From: Sarea resinae
Lineage: Eukaryota
Length of the DNA stretch: 64,000 bases
NCBI GenBank assembly: GCA_026026165.1
Contig: JAPEUD010000005.1
Span: forward strand, 124,001 to 188,000
Reading direction: 5' to 3'
Below the pieces are notes generated by a model. That model ran no database searches and was not told the DNA's origin. It saw nothing but the letters and a program-made list of their open reading frames with translations. Position 1 is the stretch's first letter. Each line of letters begins with the position of its first letter. Of this stretch, positions 48,875 through 62,499 are shown in pieces. The position numbers and the translations under genes are program-made.

Positions 48875-50554
48875 CTAGGATCGCCCGCCACCAGCAGTTC
48901 GAAGGGAGCCCTTGCCCATGTTGCCGTGACCATGATTGCCATGAGAATGGAAGACGTCTCCCATCCTCGATAAATCGGCAGCTTCGCGGCTTTGATAGTT
49001 CTTAGGAGCCTTGACTTCTAAACCTGCATTCAGGAGATTCATCCGTGTTAGGTGCAGGTAGGCAGCCTGTTTGTAGCTCAGGACGAGAGTAGTTGCCTCT
49101 CTGTGGGCTGTGGAACGGAGGTCCGTTTGTATTGCCGTTAGGACCTGCTTGAGCGGTCAGACCAGGAGCCAGACTCATGACAGGGTAAAGAGTTGATACT
49201 CAATGGAAAAGAGGGTACCGACCTTGTTCTGAGTGTCGATCCTAGCATTGAGAGCTCCAGACTGGATCATAGCGACAAGTTCATCCTCGATAGAACCTTC
49301 ATCAGTCCCGAACGCTTGCGCCATACTATCAAGTGTAACGGTACTGAAGGGAATGAAATATTGAACAATGCTCTTAGTCCGCACTGAACGGTAGAGATCC
49401 GCAACATGAGGTTGAAGATAAATGTCCAGGAGATAGTCGGTCTTGTAGGCCTCGAGGATATCGAGACATTGCGAATATTTGGAGTTGCAGAAAAGAGTAA
49501 TGGCACGGCGGATGTGCGGCTCCAAGGCTAGGAAATTGCGAAAAGAAGAATTCTTCAAGACTTGGTCTTGGAGCTCCGCGCGGTCCATGCTTGCAAGTGC
49601 ACATATGCCGCCGTATACGGCAACGTCATTACTCGTGAGGACATGTTTGAATTGGCTGCCCAGGCTGGGATCGGTCCGTAGGAAGCTCACAGCCGCCTCC
49701 TTATAGTTTCCAGCCCCCAGCTGTGCTAATCCCCTGCTTGCACAGACATATGGCTGAAATTTTGCTTCGTCATCAGGGTTATGGAGCAGATTCTGAATCT
49801 TCTGAACGTTGGAGAGAACCGACATCCAATTACCTTGCTCGATGCAAGTCACCACTAATCTCATATTCATGTCGAAAACGTTTTTCGGAGTCGTGCAGTA
49901 GTCTCGCATGCGAGAGTAGCATTTGTATGCTTGCGAAAGATCGCCGATGCGGTGATAGAGGAGCCCGAGGTCTTCATTGCCCATCTATGGCATTTTAGTA
50001 ATTGCCTTGACATCTCGGACCAAGAATGAGCATACCCGTATGCTCTCTTTGATGAGATTGTTCTTGTAACCTTTCAGCTCAAATTCAAGCTTCTCCGTCT
50101 CGGCCTTCACTCGTTTTTTCGTGAAATCAACCCAATCCATATCAATCGTTGCATCGGGATCTTCTGGTGCTGTTTGGCGTAAGGAATCTACTGCGAGCTG
50201 GTACCGTGAGACATCTTCGCCATGCTTAGCTTCTGCGACAGCTGCCTTCAGAGCGTCATGAGAGAGAAAAGCAGAAGTGCGCCCGATCAAATAGAGGCGG
50301 TCGAAGCGTGTCCGGCCTGTGGCGAGCAGTCAGATGATAGCTCTTCAAAGTGAAACGGCCATATCAGATCAGCCGGGTATTCCTACCTTCATAATTGGCA
50401 ATGTATGCCTCGAGATCGAACTTCGGAGGATCTGCGAATACATCAACAACGAACGACAGGAACGCCACGATAGGATATCCTCACCTTTAACGGTAGGATT
50501 CAGAGGGGACGTGGCAATGTGATGATCTGGGGGGAGTGTATCTTGAGCGGCCAT
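48875..50554 (-). CDS. CSN1: COP9 signalosome subunit 1 (PCI domain)
   Basis: PPKFDLEAYIANYE, RTRFDRLYLIG, ELKGYKNNLIKESIR|MGNEDLG, YSRMRDYCTT, NDVAVYGGICALASMDRAEL, DYLLDIYLQPHV, ARIDTQNK|VLTA. Four introns. Confidence 0.93.
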
Positions 50555-50999
50555 GATGTGTGGCTTGAGGCGCCCAAGGTTGAGTGAGGATTCAATGAGA
50601 TCAGAGCGCGGCTATCTGTATTATCTTACCTAGTAGTGATGCCGTAGAAGACTACGGAGTACGCGAATGGGTCGTATCGCTTCCTGTATCATAAATACAG
50701 TATCATAAATACAGGGGGTGTGCAATCTGAGAAGCTGACTGGATACGAGTTCATGAATTAAATTCAAGTTATAACGAGAAGAGCCAGATAATCTTAAATG
50801 TCCAGTGTCCAGCACTTGCACACAAAGTCCAACACGCCTGACCCCTGCCCGGTTCTGACAACCTTTCTTTTGCCCACGCTGAATTAACCCAGAAAAGACG
50901 CTAAGACGTGCAGAATTTTGGACTTGTCCCTCAAGTCAAGATGAGCACGGAAAGGAGGAGAGATAGAAGAAAAAGGCCATGTATGTGCACATAGGTCAA

Positions 51000-53727
51000 T
51001 CATGTCATGAGCGATTGCGGATCAATTGGGACCAATTGGTCAAAATCCCAGGGTCCTTTTTCTTCGGCCGTTGCGTCATGAAAGGCATCCGCTCTCCTCA
51101 ATGTCTGAACGTCCAAATCACTCACAGACATATCGCCACCGAGCGGATGCATCCGTATCTCATCATCAAGCATCATCTCATCTTTGCAGAGACGCCGCGG
51201 CCCATCGTAAACGCAAAGAACTCTCTTCTTCTTTTTCATACTGCTGGCGGGACTTCCCCATGAAGGAGGATAATTCTTCCTCTTTTTACCTCCTCTGCCA
51301 ACCAAAGGCACACCACCCTTCGAAAATGTAAGACCGTGACGCGTCGAGTCCTGAACGCGGCGAGAATGACTGGAAACGACGTCCCCAATGTGCGAGGAAG
51401 CATCTTGGGGACGTTCTAATTGTCAACAATTATTGGTCTTCTTTGAACGGCTACTGCCTCTCCTAGACGAATCTTGAGTAGGCATATTGTGGACTTGGGC
51501 AGAAGCACTCCCAGAGGATTCGACATCAGAACCCTGGCCCCCGCCAAGGCGATAATCTAGACTCGGTGAGGGTGTCACCTGTACAGACTCAACCTCCGGG
51601 ACAGATAAAAGGTTCCTTTCATTTGTGGCCTCAGAAGGATCTTCCTGCTGCACAAATCGAGAGACACAGTCGTCTAGATGTTCGTATAGATCTTGAGCAT
51701 TGTTGAATATTCCCTGACAAGTGGAGCATTTGCCTGTCGCATCCTGAGGATATCCAGAGAATGTTTGTTTCATTCCGGAAACCGGGCTTCTCCTCCGACT
51801 ATTTGGAGCTGTCTGCTCAACCCCATGAACCGAAGTGAGGTGGCGTTTGAAAACATCAGCACGATTGAAGCTCTTTCCATCGGAAGAGCCTGTCCCAGGG
51901 CAGAAACCGCAAATCATCGTTCCTTTGTAGTGGGTAAGTGTGTGCCTGTTCTTGTCATATTTCCGAGCGAATCCTTTGTGGTGGAACGGGCATGTTGGAA
52001 TAGGACATTTCTCAGGTCGCTCAGGCTGGTGAGTGATCATGTGTGCCTTCAGGTCCTTGAAGGTCTTACCACAATCTAGGCATCTGCCCTTCTCTGTCCC
52101 TTCCTCTTCGATATCGGTACTAACCGATTGTGGGCTGTCCTTAGAGAGACGAGACTGTTGTGACGATACCGAAGACCTTCGAGGCCTCGACCGGGGGTAT
52201 GGCTGAAATGAAGTTCTGTGAAGATAAGGCGATTGACTTCCGGACTTGAGACTCATCGAACCTGGCCTTTTCTGACTTCGGGTTGAGGAAGTAGATGGAG
52301 GTGGCGGTGACGACTGGAAATTGGGTAATTGAGGAGGCTGGAAAGTGGCCATATCCTGGGAGTATGGTATAGGCGTAGGGGTATTATGGGAGGTAGGGGA
52401 TTCGAAAGGTTGTATCAGAGCAGGATCTATAAGAGTTGTAGTTAGTATCAGAGCAAGTGAGCCATTTGTATGTAGTAGAAGAGTCCAGCCATAAAGAACA
52501 TGGAAATGTCATGAAATGTGCTAAGAAAACCAATACTGGAAACCAACAAGATGAATAAAGCGGAGCAATGAAATGGCCACTGCTCTGCGTGAAAAAAGGA
52601 GAATGATGGAGTTCCATCGGTGGTTGGGAAGGTTCCCGCTGAGGAGGTGCTGGTTTCCTGAATGGGCTGCTTCTATGACTTTGAAAGGGATGGCTTTCTG
52701 GTCTGACTGCGTCGGTGATGATATGGGGCTTATTTCTGCTATTTGCTCTAGGTGAAACGGAGGCGAAAGGATTAGATGGTGTTGGTATTTCGACACTCGT
52801 CCTGGAAGTGCTTTGGGTCCTGGGTCGGGACGTATCCTTGTGCCCGATCAAATATGGAGTGCTGGAAGAAAGTGCTGAAGTAGGAGAAGAGGACAGTCTC
52901 GGGGTGCTGACGTCGCTGTTGGCCTTGTCAAGGATCGTGTCGATAGAGACCTCAGGCTGTTCCACAGAGCTACTAGGAGTGAATCCAGGAGTCGGATAAA
53001 GATATTGAGAAGCCAATGCAGACGAAGGAACAAAATTGTTGCGAGACTGTTCAGACGGAAAAAACGTTCCGGACTCACCCACGAAGCCACCCTGACCTTT
53101 GCCCCAGGAGGCAGCACGCACTTGGCCATAATTGGCCAAGGAAAGGCTCTCTGAAGCAAGGCTTTCGGATGTGACAATGCCAGTACCAATACCCAGACCC
53201 TGTCCAAGCTCAGGCCACCGTTCAATCGGGGCAGAGCTCTGTGGAGCGTTCGAGTACGGTGATCCCATGGTAGTGACGTTTGAGTACGGCGACCCCATAG
53301 CTGAAGAGGAAGCGCTCGGCGCCGAGGCACCGGAAGCTGACGAAAGGAGAGATGGCGGGTTGTCGTAGGAGTGCGAAACGGAGATGGAGGGTGACGTAGA
53401 ATGAAACTCGCGATAGTGCGTGTAATTCAGGTTGTCTTGCGGGCCATTGACGATAAACTGTGGAGCTCCGTAGGAGTCCTGAGGGCCAGATGAAAATGGG
53501 AGTGCAGATGGCCGAGGCTCATAAGATCCGGATACAGCAGTACAGTAACCACTGTCCATAGAAGAGCTCATGCTGAATGGATAGTCCTCAACCGCATTCG
53601 GGAAGCCGTCAGACCCTAGATTATGATGCGCCATCACTTCGGCGTAGTAAGGCTCAGTATATAAGATAAAGTCGTGCTGGTTGTCAAGAGTGAGCATGTT
53701 TCTCGATTGCTCTGCTACCGACGGCAT
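51000..53727 (-). CDS. C2H2 zinc-finger transcription factor; alternative 5' splice sites; internal in-frame TGA at 51423-51425
   Basis: Fingers CLDC...HMITH, CPIPTC...FARKYDKNRHTLTH, CGFC...FNRADVFKRHLTSVH, CSTC...HLDDC. Acceptor ACTAAC...TAG at 52427. The C-terminal block GLTFSKGG...RKNYPPSWG...KKRVLCVYDGPRRLCKDEMML...DLDVQTLRRA lies in the same frame beyond the TGA. Confidence 0.88.
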
Positions 53728-56700
53728 GCCCGTGCAACCTCGAGAAAAGTAAGACGACTTGGGATATCTTGGTAGGACCTTGGTAGAACATGCGCCTGAT
53801 AATTTGTTGTCGTTAGCGACAGAATCGTGAGTTTAATCAGTCGAGCCTGCAAGTAGGAAAGGAGCCGTTGTTGATCTAGCCAACAAGGCACCGGTATAAG
53901 AGAGGTGTGATATTACCTAAGAGCAGATCGGAAGCCGCCAATTCGTTGGCCTGGACGCGAAACGTCCCGATTTGAAAGACGATTTTTGCCAAATAATTGC
54001 GCTCGCGCAAGCAGACTTCCTCGAGGGTTGGTTGTATAATTATGTTGTTCCTGGAATAGATAAGCCGGGGGTCCCTCGGTAAAGTGGTTGGTTGGCTGCC
54101 GATCAGGGCTGAGACAAAATTGGAACAAGAAGTAGGCTAGTAGCGATACAGTCGTAGTCAACACTCTAGAGAGATGCGTAAAGCCAGAGCCACGCAAAAG
54201 GTTGGCAAGCAATATCGAATTCTTGAAGTGTGTTGGAATCTCTCGTTTCGCACTGAGATATTGATGGGCTGGATGGAGGGTTAAATGCATATATATGGAA
54301 TAGAAATTTTGAAAGAAGAACCCCCAACACCAAATCCGCAGCAGCACGAGCGACCCCCGGCCAGGTTGCATGTTGCCCTACGCAACTTCATGTCATGGTG
54401 AGATTCGATGACGGACCTCAAGGGCCGGTAGCGCAAGCGACACGGCAACTCCATGTCCTTGCGCGTCCGCCATTCCTCGCGACCTCCGAGTATGAAGATT
54501 GATGCTGATCCGGTGGGAGACTGGCGACAAAGGTCGGTGTGTACGGTGTGTTCGACATGCCTTACTGCACGCCCCATGGCCTCCGCATCGCGCGGGCGGG
54601 AACTGCGATCACTGGACTTTCCCAAAGGGAACTCCTAAAGGAGCCTTAGTGTGCTTGGCGCATGCTCCATGCCAGGAGTGGTCCCGCTCCTCTGTGCCCG
54701 TTCTGGCAGAATGCTATGGTCAGGGTCCAACCAGAGCGCGGCGTTCGCGTGGGATCATTTACGGTGGAGATTGCCCTCTCTCGCAACCCGCATGAGATGC
54801 GCAAGGCTGAGTCTGGGCGAATCATCTGAGTGAGCGACCCTCAAATAGGAGACGGTGAAAGCGTGTCCAATCGAGGTGCCGCACGCTATTTCGAGCCGGA
54901 TGCAAGCCGATCCGGTAAGGTGCCATGCACTCCGGACGGGGGGGGCTTTCGGGGCTTCCCTAGATATGGCACCCGAGAACCTTCGGGGCCCCCGAGGTAT
55001 GCATGGGAGGGAGGGGTGGGTGGTATGGGCGGTATGGGTGGAGCGATTGAAATGCGGTAAGGACTGAGGCGGAGTACTTCGTCTGCCCCTCCCACCCCAT
55101 AGAAGGTTCCTTAATCCTTGCATCGAAGCGTCCGTCGACACTTTTTGGTCACCGACCTGGCCTTTCATCGCCACGACACCGCTACAGTGGAGCAGTGCTC
55201 CTATTTTTGCCTGTTTGCGCACTCAGGGTGGCTTGGCTGTCCCCCCGTACATATGTGCTGGAAGACTCACTTGGACAGAGCTACCACGGCCGGCACCGAC
55301 ACTGACATTGGTCTGCATGATGTAGTGATCGCGTCTGTGTCTGCTCCACACTGACATTTGATTCCATCGGTACCAATGCAAGGCTTCACTTTAGGCCCGC
55401 CATTCTTACCGCCCACGCCGGCCAACTCCAGCATCCTCTATCAATCGGCACCACCTTACCCGAGGATATCTGAGTGAGGAGGGTTTTCATGACGGAACGT
55501 GGTAAGATGAGTCTGCAATCGAGATTATTCCCGACCAATAGACACCGAATGAACACCTGTGACCACGACCGCAACGATAATACGTGAGAATCGCCATAGT
55601 CCACTCCACTCATTGCACTCGGACGAATCGGTGCTAGGTTCGGTAGAAGTTGCTGAAAACCGGGGGAGGGAGGATTAATTGGCTGTCGCAGTTGCTCCAC
55701 CCCCAGTAGTTCAACGAGATAAGATGGTGAGTTTTCCCGACAGCGTGTCATCGGGAGCCAAGCACACATCGTGGTTGGACCGCTCTTGAATGAGGAGGGA
55801 CCCATCGAGTCGGCGATGGATTGATGCACGCGCCATTTTGTCTAAATCCTTCCCGTCTTCCCTTCCCATCCCCACGGGCTCGTCAGCCATCCACGACTAG
55901 GAGATAGAGCAGGTCTTAGGACAGGACTGAGGACATAGGGCTGTTTGGTCGGGGTCGGTCGGCACGCCAGCGTTGGGATGGTCAATAGATCGTTTGGGTG
56001 GTCATCCTTGTCATCTGTTCTTGCGACTCTGATTGGACTTGCTTCGATCAATCAATTACTTTCCATGCGTTGCGATGCAACCAAATCATGTAGATGCAAC
56101 GAGGTGGGCCGTTAGGTGGATACACTGCAATCTCTTCGAGTGAGGAGATGCCTGGTGAACCGAAAGAGAGAGTCCTTGATAAAGGAGTGCTCGCTGTTGT
56201 CTACGAGTATCCTCCATCCCCTTTGACGAGATCACAGAACCCAAGGAAACCTCGTACTTCGTACATGTGGTGTATCGACGGGTGGCATGCGCAAGCGCGC
56301 TTCGGTCCCAAGCCAATCTTCTTATTGAGCCTTTCCAATTCGTGGATCGAACAGAGGCACTCGGTTCCCATTCGTGGGTGACGGCGTTACCGGATCGCTG
56401 ATCGAGAGGCACTTCACCAGCCCATCTACGGACGAAAGCAGTAGTACAGTGGAGGTAAGATCGGAAGTACGAAGTATACTCCCGCTCAAGATCCATGGAT
56501 GATGCTCCAGAGACTTCGAACTTCGGCTTTCACCAACTTCACTAAGACCAATACAGGCACTTCAAGCCTTTCAGTTGATATTGCTATCATCGTAACACAA
56601 GGCAGCTCCTACGTATCGCTACGACGTATTAGTACTTGGCATCCCTAATCCTGGTGAGGTACCTAGTTGTGGTGATCAGTATCCGTACATTCGACGCGTT

Positions 56701-59445
56701 CGTCTGACCTATCAGAGAGTATGGATCAAATCCTTGAGATGTTCATGATGAATAACAGCTGAACATCCGACCATGACTTCCGAGTTGCTCAACAATCCTT
56801 ATTGGAGCAGGATACGGCCATAAAGAGGCCCCCAATATGAAGCTGATAATCTTCGAGGCACGCAAGGTCTTCCAGGTGTGGGTGAGTCCATAGTGCATGC
56901 GATAGGGGAGGGGATCCGCACCATTTCCGTGTCCACGGACATGGTCTTCCGTGCCACCTGCGCGTACCTGCTTTTCGATGCATGCGAAGAGATTGAAGCT
57001 ATCGTTAGTATTGATATTATTGATTTCACACACACCCGTCATCTGTCTGATGGGATAGATTTGAACGGTCACTTCTACCAAAATCAAAGTGCAACAGCGA
57101 CCTGTTAAACGCGGTGCTTCTAATGGAGCTCCCAGCGTTAAATTTTGATTCATACTGTAGATTGGCATTGATGCTATTCCCGATCAAGTACTTGGAATGC
57201 GTTGAGAGTCTCGGAACGCAGCGAAACTTGAGCTGAACAGGCGTGATAACTGAAGGAGGGTGTGCACGGAACAGAGCACTCGAGCCGTTGATTGCGGCGT
57301 GAACTTGGCCAATGCCCACCAAAGTGACCACCCAACTTTGGCGAGGCTACTCAATGATGAGCCTGATCGAACTGGTGGCAGTGTTTTGAAAACGACCGGC
57401 CCGGCCCTGTACGAGGCCCCCCGTGGGCTCTCGGTCCCTGACCGTTGTCGGGTAAGACAAACGGGTCGAGACCTCTCAACACTAAGATGACCGAGTAGCT
57501 TATCCACCACATTCGTTGGATGCAAATCCGTCCTCTCCCGTGCTTGTAAGATATCCCAAATACTATCTTGACAGGTGTTCTTGAGGTAGATGATAGGCAT
57601 CTGATGCATGCAATCAGCAGCTGCATGCACAGAGTTGTGGCGATGGCGTTGGCTAGAACATCTGCGCAGATGCATTGAATGATCGCAAAAGGTAGGAGAA
57701 GACTATGCCCGAGGGTGAGATAGCTACCCGCCCAGATCATTGCTCTTGCGCGTGAAAGCATGAGGGTGTGAAGTACGAAATTACTAAAGCAGTATCCCAG
57801 TGACAGGAAAAGGTGACCACCTCTTGTGATGACGTGGAACTTGAAGCGGGGAGACGATCCATCGATGTATTCGTAAGGAGCATACTTTCCCAGAGTACTG
57901 ATACCCTCATCCCGTTCGGCGAACGCAATCGATGTATTTGGTGATATGGCCCTGGTCGATATGTGGCCCCTTGGAGCCACATGGAGCAGCATGCATCACC
58001 ACCCATCTCAAACGAGCCATGCTCTGGTTCTCCATCAATCTGATTCGGTGGTGTCTCGAACCAGAAGGAGCAAGATCTTTGTCAGAGAGTGGGAGCACGA
58101 GAAACGTCCCCACGAAATACTGTCCCCGTAGCATGGATACCAAGATACCTCAGCTAATGGGATCTGGTGCCGCGGCCGAATGAGTTGATCGGCAAAGGCG
58201 AAATGGCGACCGCTCCCTGAGTCACTGGAAGTACGCGGTGTCAGGAATGACTCCGTACCTCCTTGCACTGGAATGCCGGTTTTCATGGATCTCTTCAATC
58301 CACAACCCTATCTTACGTGCCTTACCTGCCTGAGGTACCCACACGACTTTCCTTACCTCCGTGCCCTACCTCCAGGCTTACCTTGACTCTACGGACAACC
58401 TTGAAAGGGATCTAGTGGAAGCGGTGAGGATGGTGTGAACGACCCTGCCAGTAGAGTAAGTCTCCATCTCTTGCAGGACAAGTCTCGCTTCACCGTAAGG
58501 CTTAGCCCGACATGGGGTTTAGGCTACCATCCATCCGGTGCAGCCTGCTCCCGTAGTGCCGGCTCTTCCGAGAAAAGGGCACGCAACTCTGAAGATGGAG
58601 ATAATGCACTGCCTCTCTTTCGATTCTCTTCCCTGACTAAGATGGTAAATGACATAGATGGATAAATAACACATCTACGAAGTAGTACAGTAGGCTCGGC
58701 ACTGATCCATCGTCATCTTGAACACCATCTGGGCACCGTTACCTTCTAGCCTGTCATTGTGGCTGTTGTGCTACATGGTGTCAAGGAGACATCGTGACCT
58801 TCCTTTCCTTCCAAACCCTGTTGTATATGCCACCATTCGGCCTACTAAGTACCTTTGGCATATGAGGTTTTGGTCGCAGATTTGGGAGATTGATAAGCCT
58901 TGGTTCATGCTGTTCGAATCTTGGTCCATGGAAAAAGGTGTTGCGTACGTTCCCTCCCCAAGAGCATTACATCCGTTTCGAATCAAAATTTTAAATAAGA
59001 ATGATAACCGAAGGCGCATGCTCTCATGCAGATGGCCGCTGTAATCAATATTCTCAAACCCACGGCACATTCGGGGTACCACATTTTCGCAATTCAGGGT
59101 TGGGATTTCGTACGAAGATACATGATTGATGGTAGCATAGATGAGGTGTGCTTATTTCTCGAGATTAGAATTTCACGGACCAACGAGTCTGGCTCATGCT
59201 CTGTATCTCTCTGACCGAGGTTTTGCGACAATGGATCGATCCAGACTCATCATAGGTACGAGAGGCTATGGTCTTCGTGAACGGGAAATGATCAGCTAGC
59301 ATGACTGAAAGCTAAATGACTTCATCCTACCTTTACGTGGCCTTTGACAGATTGTAAAGTTACTTGCTGTCTAAGGTAATCAGTCATGGCAGGTCTCTAG
59401 CTCAAGCGGCGCCCTGACAGAAACACGTTCATTTCTAAGGTCCCC

Positions 59446-60711
59446 TTAGATTTTGTTCTCTAAATTGCTCGTTCTACCTTCTGCGAAAGGAATTCCAATG
59501 GCAATAAGCAGATCTTCTAATTGCAATTCATCGCTACGCAATGTATTCCATTCTTCTTCTGTTTTGACCATGAGGGTGCCCGCAAGGATCGTACCGTTTA
59601 GAGCAATAGGACCAATCTCTCCATCTGGGTTACTTGAGTTCAGTCGCAGCATTGCCCCCTCCTGTCTTCGAGGACAGATGACCATGGAGGATGTAGTCAT
59701 TGCCATATTATAGCTAATCGAGGCAGAGGCAGGTGTGGGCCCCTCACTGTAGCCATCGAGACCCTCATCCGGATGGCTACGGCTGTATTTCCGGACGGAA
59801 GCCACAGCTTTTTCGTACAGCTCCATATACAAGCAGTAAAGATCTTGAGCTGTTGCATCTTGCGGTATTCGAGAAGCATAGTGAAGGAAAGGAAGATGAG
59901 GATGAGACAGAGGACCTGAATGATGTGAAAGATATAAGCAGTTGGCTAGAGTCTCTTCCCGTACTTGGAAATCCGCAACTTTGCCTTCCCTGGGCATTAT
60001 TGTTGCTTGGGGCAGCTCAGTCTGGACAGACTCACTAGGATCAGATTGTTTCGACCACGACAGTATTTCATCGGCTAGCAACTTCCAGCCTTGACCGGCT
60101 TGCCCACCCCTCATTTCCTCGACTGGCAGAAATTGTATATGCCTGTGAGGTTGGCTCGCGCCGCTATGTTCTCCGGAATTGAAAAAAGCAAATAGCCTCC
60201 TCGGCTTGTCAGTGGGTCTTCTGTCTGCCTCCCATTCCTTCAAACACGCAAATGCAATCGCAAGGTCATCTTCCTCAAGGAGGTCAGTCTGCTGTTTGAA
60301 AGCCTTGGTAGCGAGTATAAAATGCTGAGAGATAACGGGGTATTTATTGAGTACTAGTACGTGAGTTGGATCATGTTGAGGTATGGAGGCTATCAGAAGG
60401 CTCGGAGGCGGATTATCAAACGGATCCGGTTTTTTGGCAGCTGAGTTCGAAGGCTGTGTCTGCTGCTTTTTGGGTTTCTTCGAGAGTGCCGGGCAATATC
60501 TCAGTTGAAACTACGAAGACAGCGACTGTGTTAGAAGTGGTCTATCACAAACTCATAGCAGACAGGTGATAAGAGCGTGACGCACCGGCACACCACAAGC
60601 CCGAATGACAGTCAGCTCCGTGGCAGAAAAGATTAGACTCTCAGACGCATTAGCAGCCTCGAATCTCTTCCGTACCAGCGAAGACAGGCTCTCAGGTATA
60701 CCAAGCTTCAT
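59446..60711 (-). CDS. APA2: Diadenosine tetraphosphate (Ap4A) phosphorylase / ATP adenylyltransferase, Apa1/Apa2 family
   Basis: MKLGIPESLSSLVRKRFEAA, FQLRYCPAL, DPFDNP, LVLNKYPVISQHFILATKAFKQQ, FAFFNSGEHSGASQPHRHIQF (HxHxQ), SYNMAMT..MVICPRR, IALNGTILAGTLMVK. Confidence 0.9.
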
Positions 60712-61037
60712 ACTGTTTCAAGTTCGAGGAGCAATGATCCAATTCAGGTTGTTAAGACCCACCCATGGATGACGTTCGGCTACGAAGTACCAACCCAAGA
60801 TACGGTAGGTACCGTAGGTCCCGGCGAGGCCACCCACCATACGAAGTACTTTTTCCCATACTTGAGTATTCAATTTCTATCAGCCCTTGAGAAGTCCTTG
60901 GCACCTCAACTTCAAACCCCCGTTTGCGACATCGTCAGCCTGATCATATGACAATGCCGCACATTACTTTTAGAAACAGCTGCTAACAGAATCATATTCA
61001 TCCAGACGTCCTCATTTCATATTGCCATTGCGATGAA

Positions 61038-62499
61038 TCATCGATCTAAATCCGTTACGACATCCTCACTTCGAAGCTCATCCCACTTCTTCTTGCAGGT
61101 ACCGTTTCCAAAGTGATATGAGCCTCCGTGGTTTGCAATGTATGCGGCCACTTGCTTCCACGAAATGGTGGGAGTGTCCCTCTTGTCCTTCGCTAATTTG
61201 AACCCCCTTGGCTCGCGTGCTAAGAGCATCACCGCTTCCTCCAGGAGTCGGACCTATTTTGGTTCTCGTTAAAGTGAGCTTATTCCAGAAAGATGGTAGG
61301 CTTACATCCTCAATTGCCCATTCTGGCTTCTTAACTCTTTGGCTTGGCTGCTTGGTCAGGGTCCTGTAGCGGCCCCGCAAGGTGCTCTCGGCTTCGAGGA
61401 AGTTCCCTTGTTCGCGGATTTCTCTGTAAGGCATCCCAGCTAGTTTTGACTGGACAAGAAAAAGGTCTCTCATGCTTCGGTGCTTTTCTCTATCAGCCTT
61501 GTCTTCATCTCTCGTCGGCATGTAACGTGGCGCGGACCGCACTTGGGGTTGCGGTTCTAACATATTGGCTTTGTGAGATCTCTCGCCAGCCACAAGGTCA
61601 AATGGCTCTTTCAATCTCTCAATCGAATTCACCTCGACCACGGATAGATCGGGGAGCCTCTTGTTGAGGGGGGAGTCATTTCCTCGAGTATTCAAACAGG
61701 CCTTAGCCCCTGGTGCCTGTGTTGCAATCGACCGAGCATCTCGCTCCTGCTTGACCTTCACATGATGCAAGGATGCCGTCTCCTGGTCGAAATGGTTCGT
61801 CCTTTTTCTAGGAGATGAAGAATGGGGTGTGTTATGCTGCCTTTGCTGCTCTATGGAGCCGTCTTCTTCATGATCATTCTTGAGAATTAATGTACCCGGG
61901 CTAGGGCTTTGAAGGAATTCCGAGAAACTACCCGGAGACTTGCAAGATGGGGAAACATGAAAGCTGATCGCGCTACTATCATCTGCTCCAACCTCTGACA
62001 CTCCTGCCGAGGGCGTGCTGGACAAGGTTGGCCCGTCCGGAAAGCCGAAATCATTCAGTCTTGAATTTATACTACTTGGACGAAAATCGGTGGAGTAATA
62101 GACGTCTAGCCCAGTGTTGTTCTTCATGAATACGTCGGAACCAGCGGCTTGTACCGAGCCCTGATGCGCAAGGTTTGATGTGCCGTTATTGAAGCACGAT
62201 GGAGGACTCGGCTCGGGCATCCATCGATCATATTCGTCTAGTGGCACACTTTGGAAATAGGCGATTTCTGGTGGATAGGGTCCGATAGACTGGAGGAAGC
62301 CTTTCGAAGGCAATTCCTCGGCCTTCGAAAGTATCATGCTGAGGTCAATCTCGAAGGCTGCACTTGGCATGTGTTGCCCGTCGGTATAAGATGCTTGTGT
62401 ACTTGGAAAATCCGATCGGCTTAATGACTGCTGAATCTGTTCGCATGTTGCTGTATTGCTGTAATAGGGATCCCAACCCGGGATGTGAGTTGAATTCAT
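61038..62499 (-). CDS. Fungal protein with C-terminal Myb/SANT-like domains (putative transcription factor)
   Basis: RDLFLVQSKLAGMPYREIREQGNFLEAESTLRGRYRTLTK...KPEWAIED|VRLLEEAV...ISWKQVAAYIANHGGSYHFGNGTCKKKWDEL. Intron ~61254-61306 (GTAAGC...TAG). Confidence 0.82.

Noticed and set aside
53900..59400. Many short ORFs upstream of the C2H2 gene
   Set aside because: No recognisable domains or coherent exon structure; treated as a long intergenic/regulatory region.
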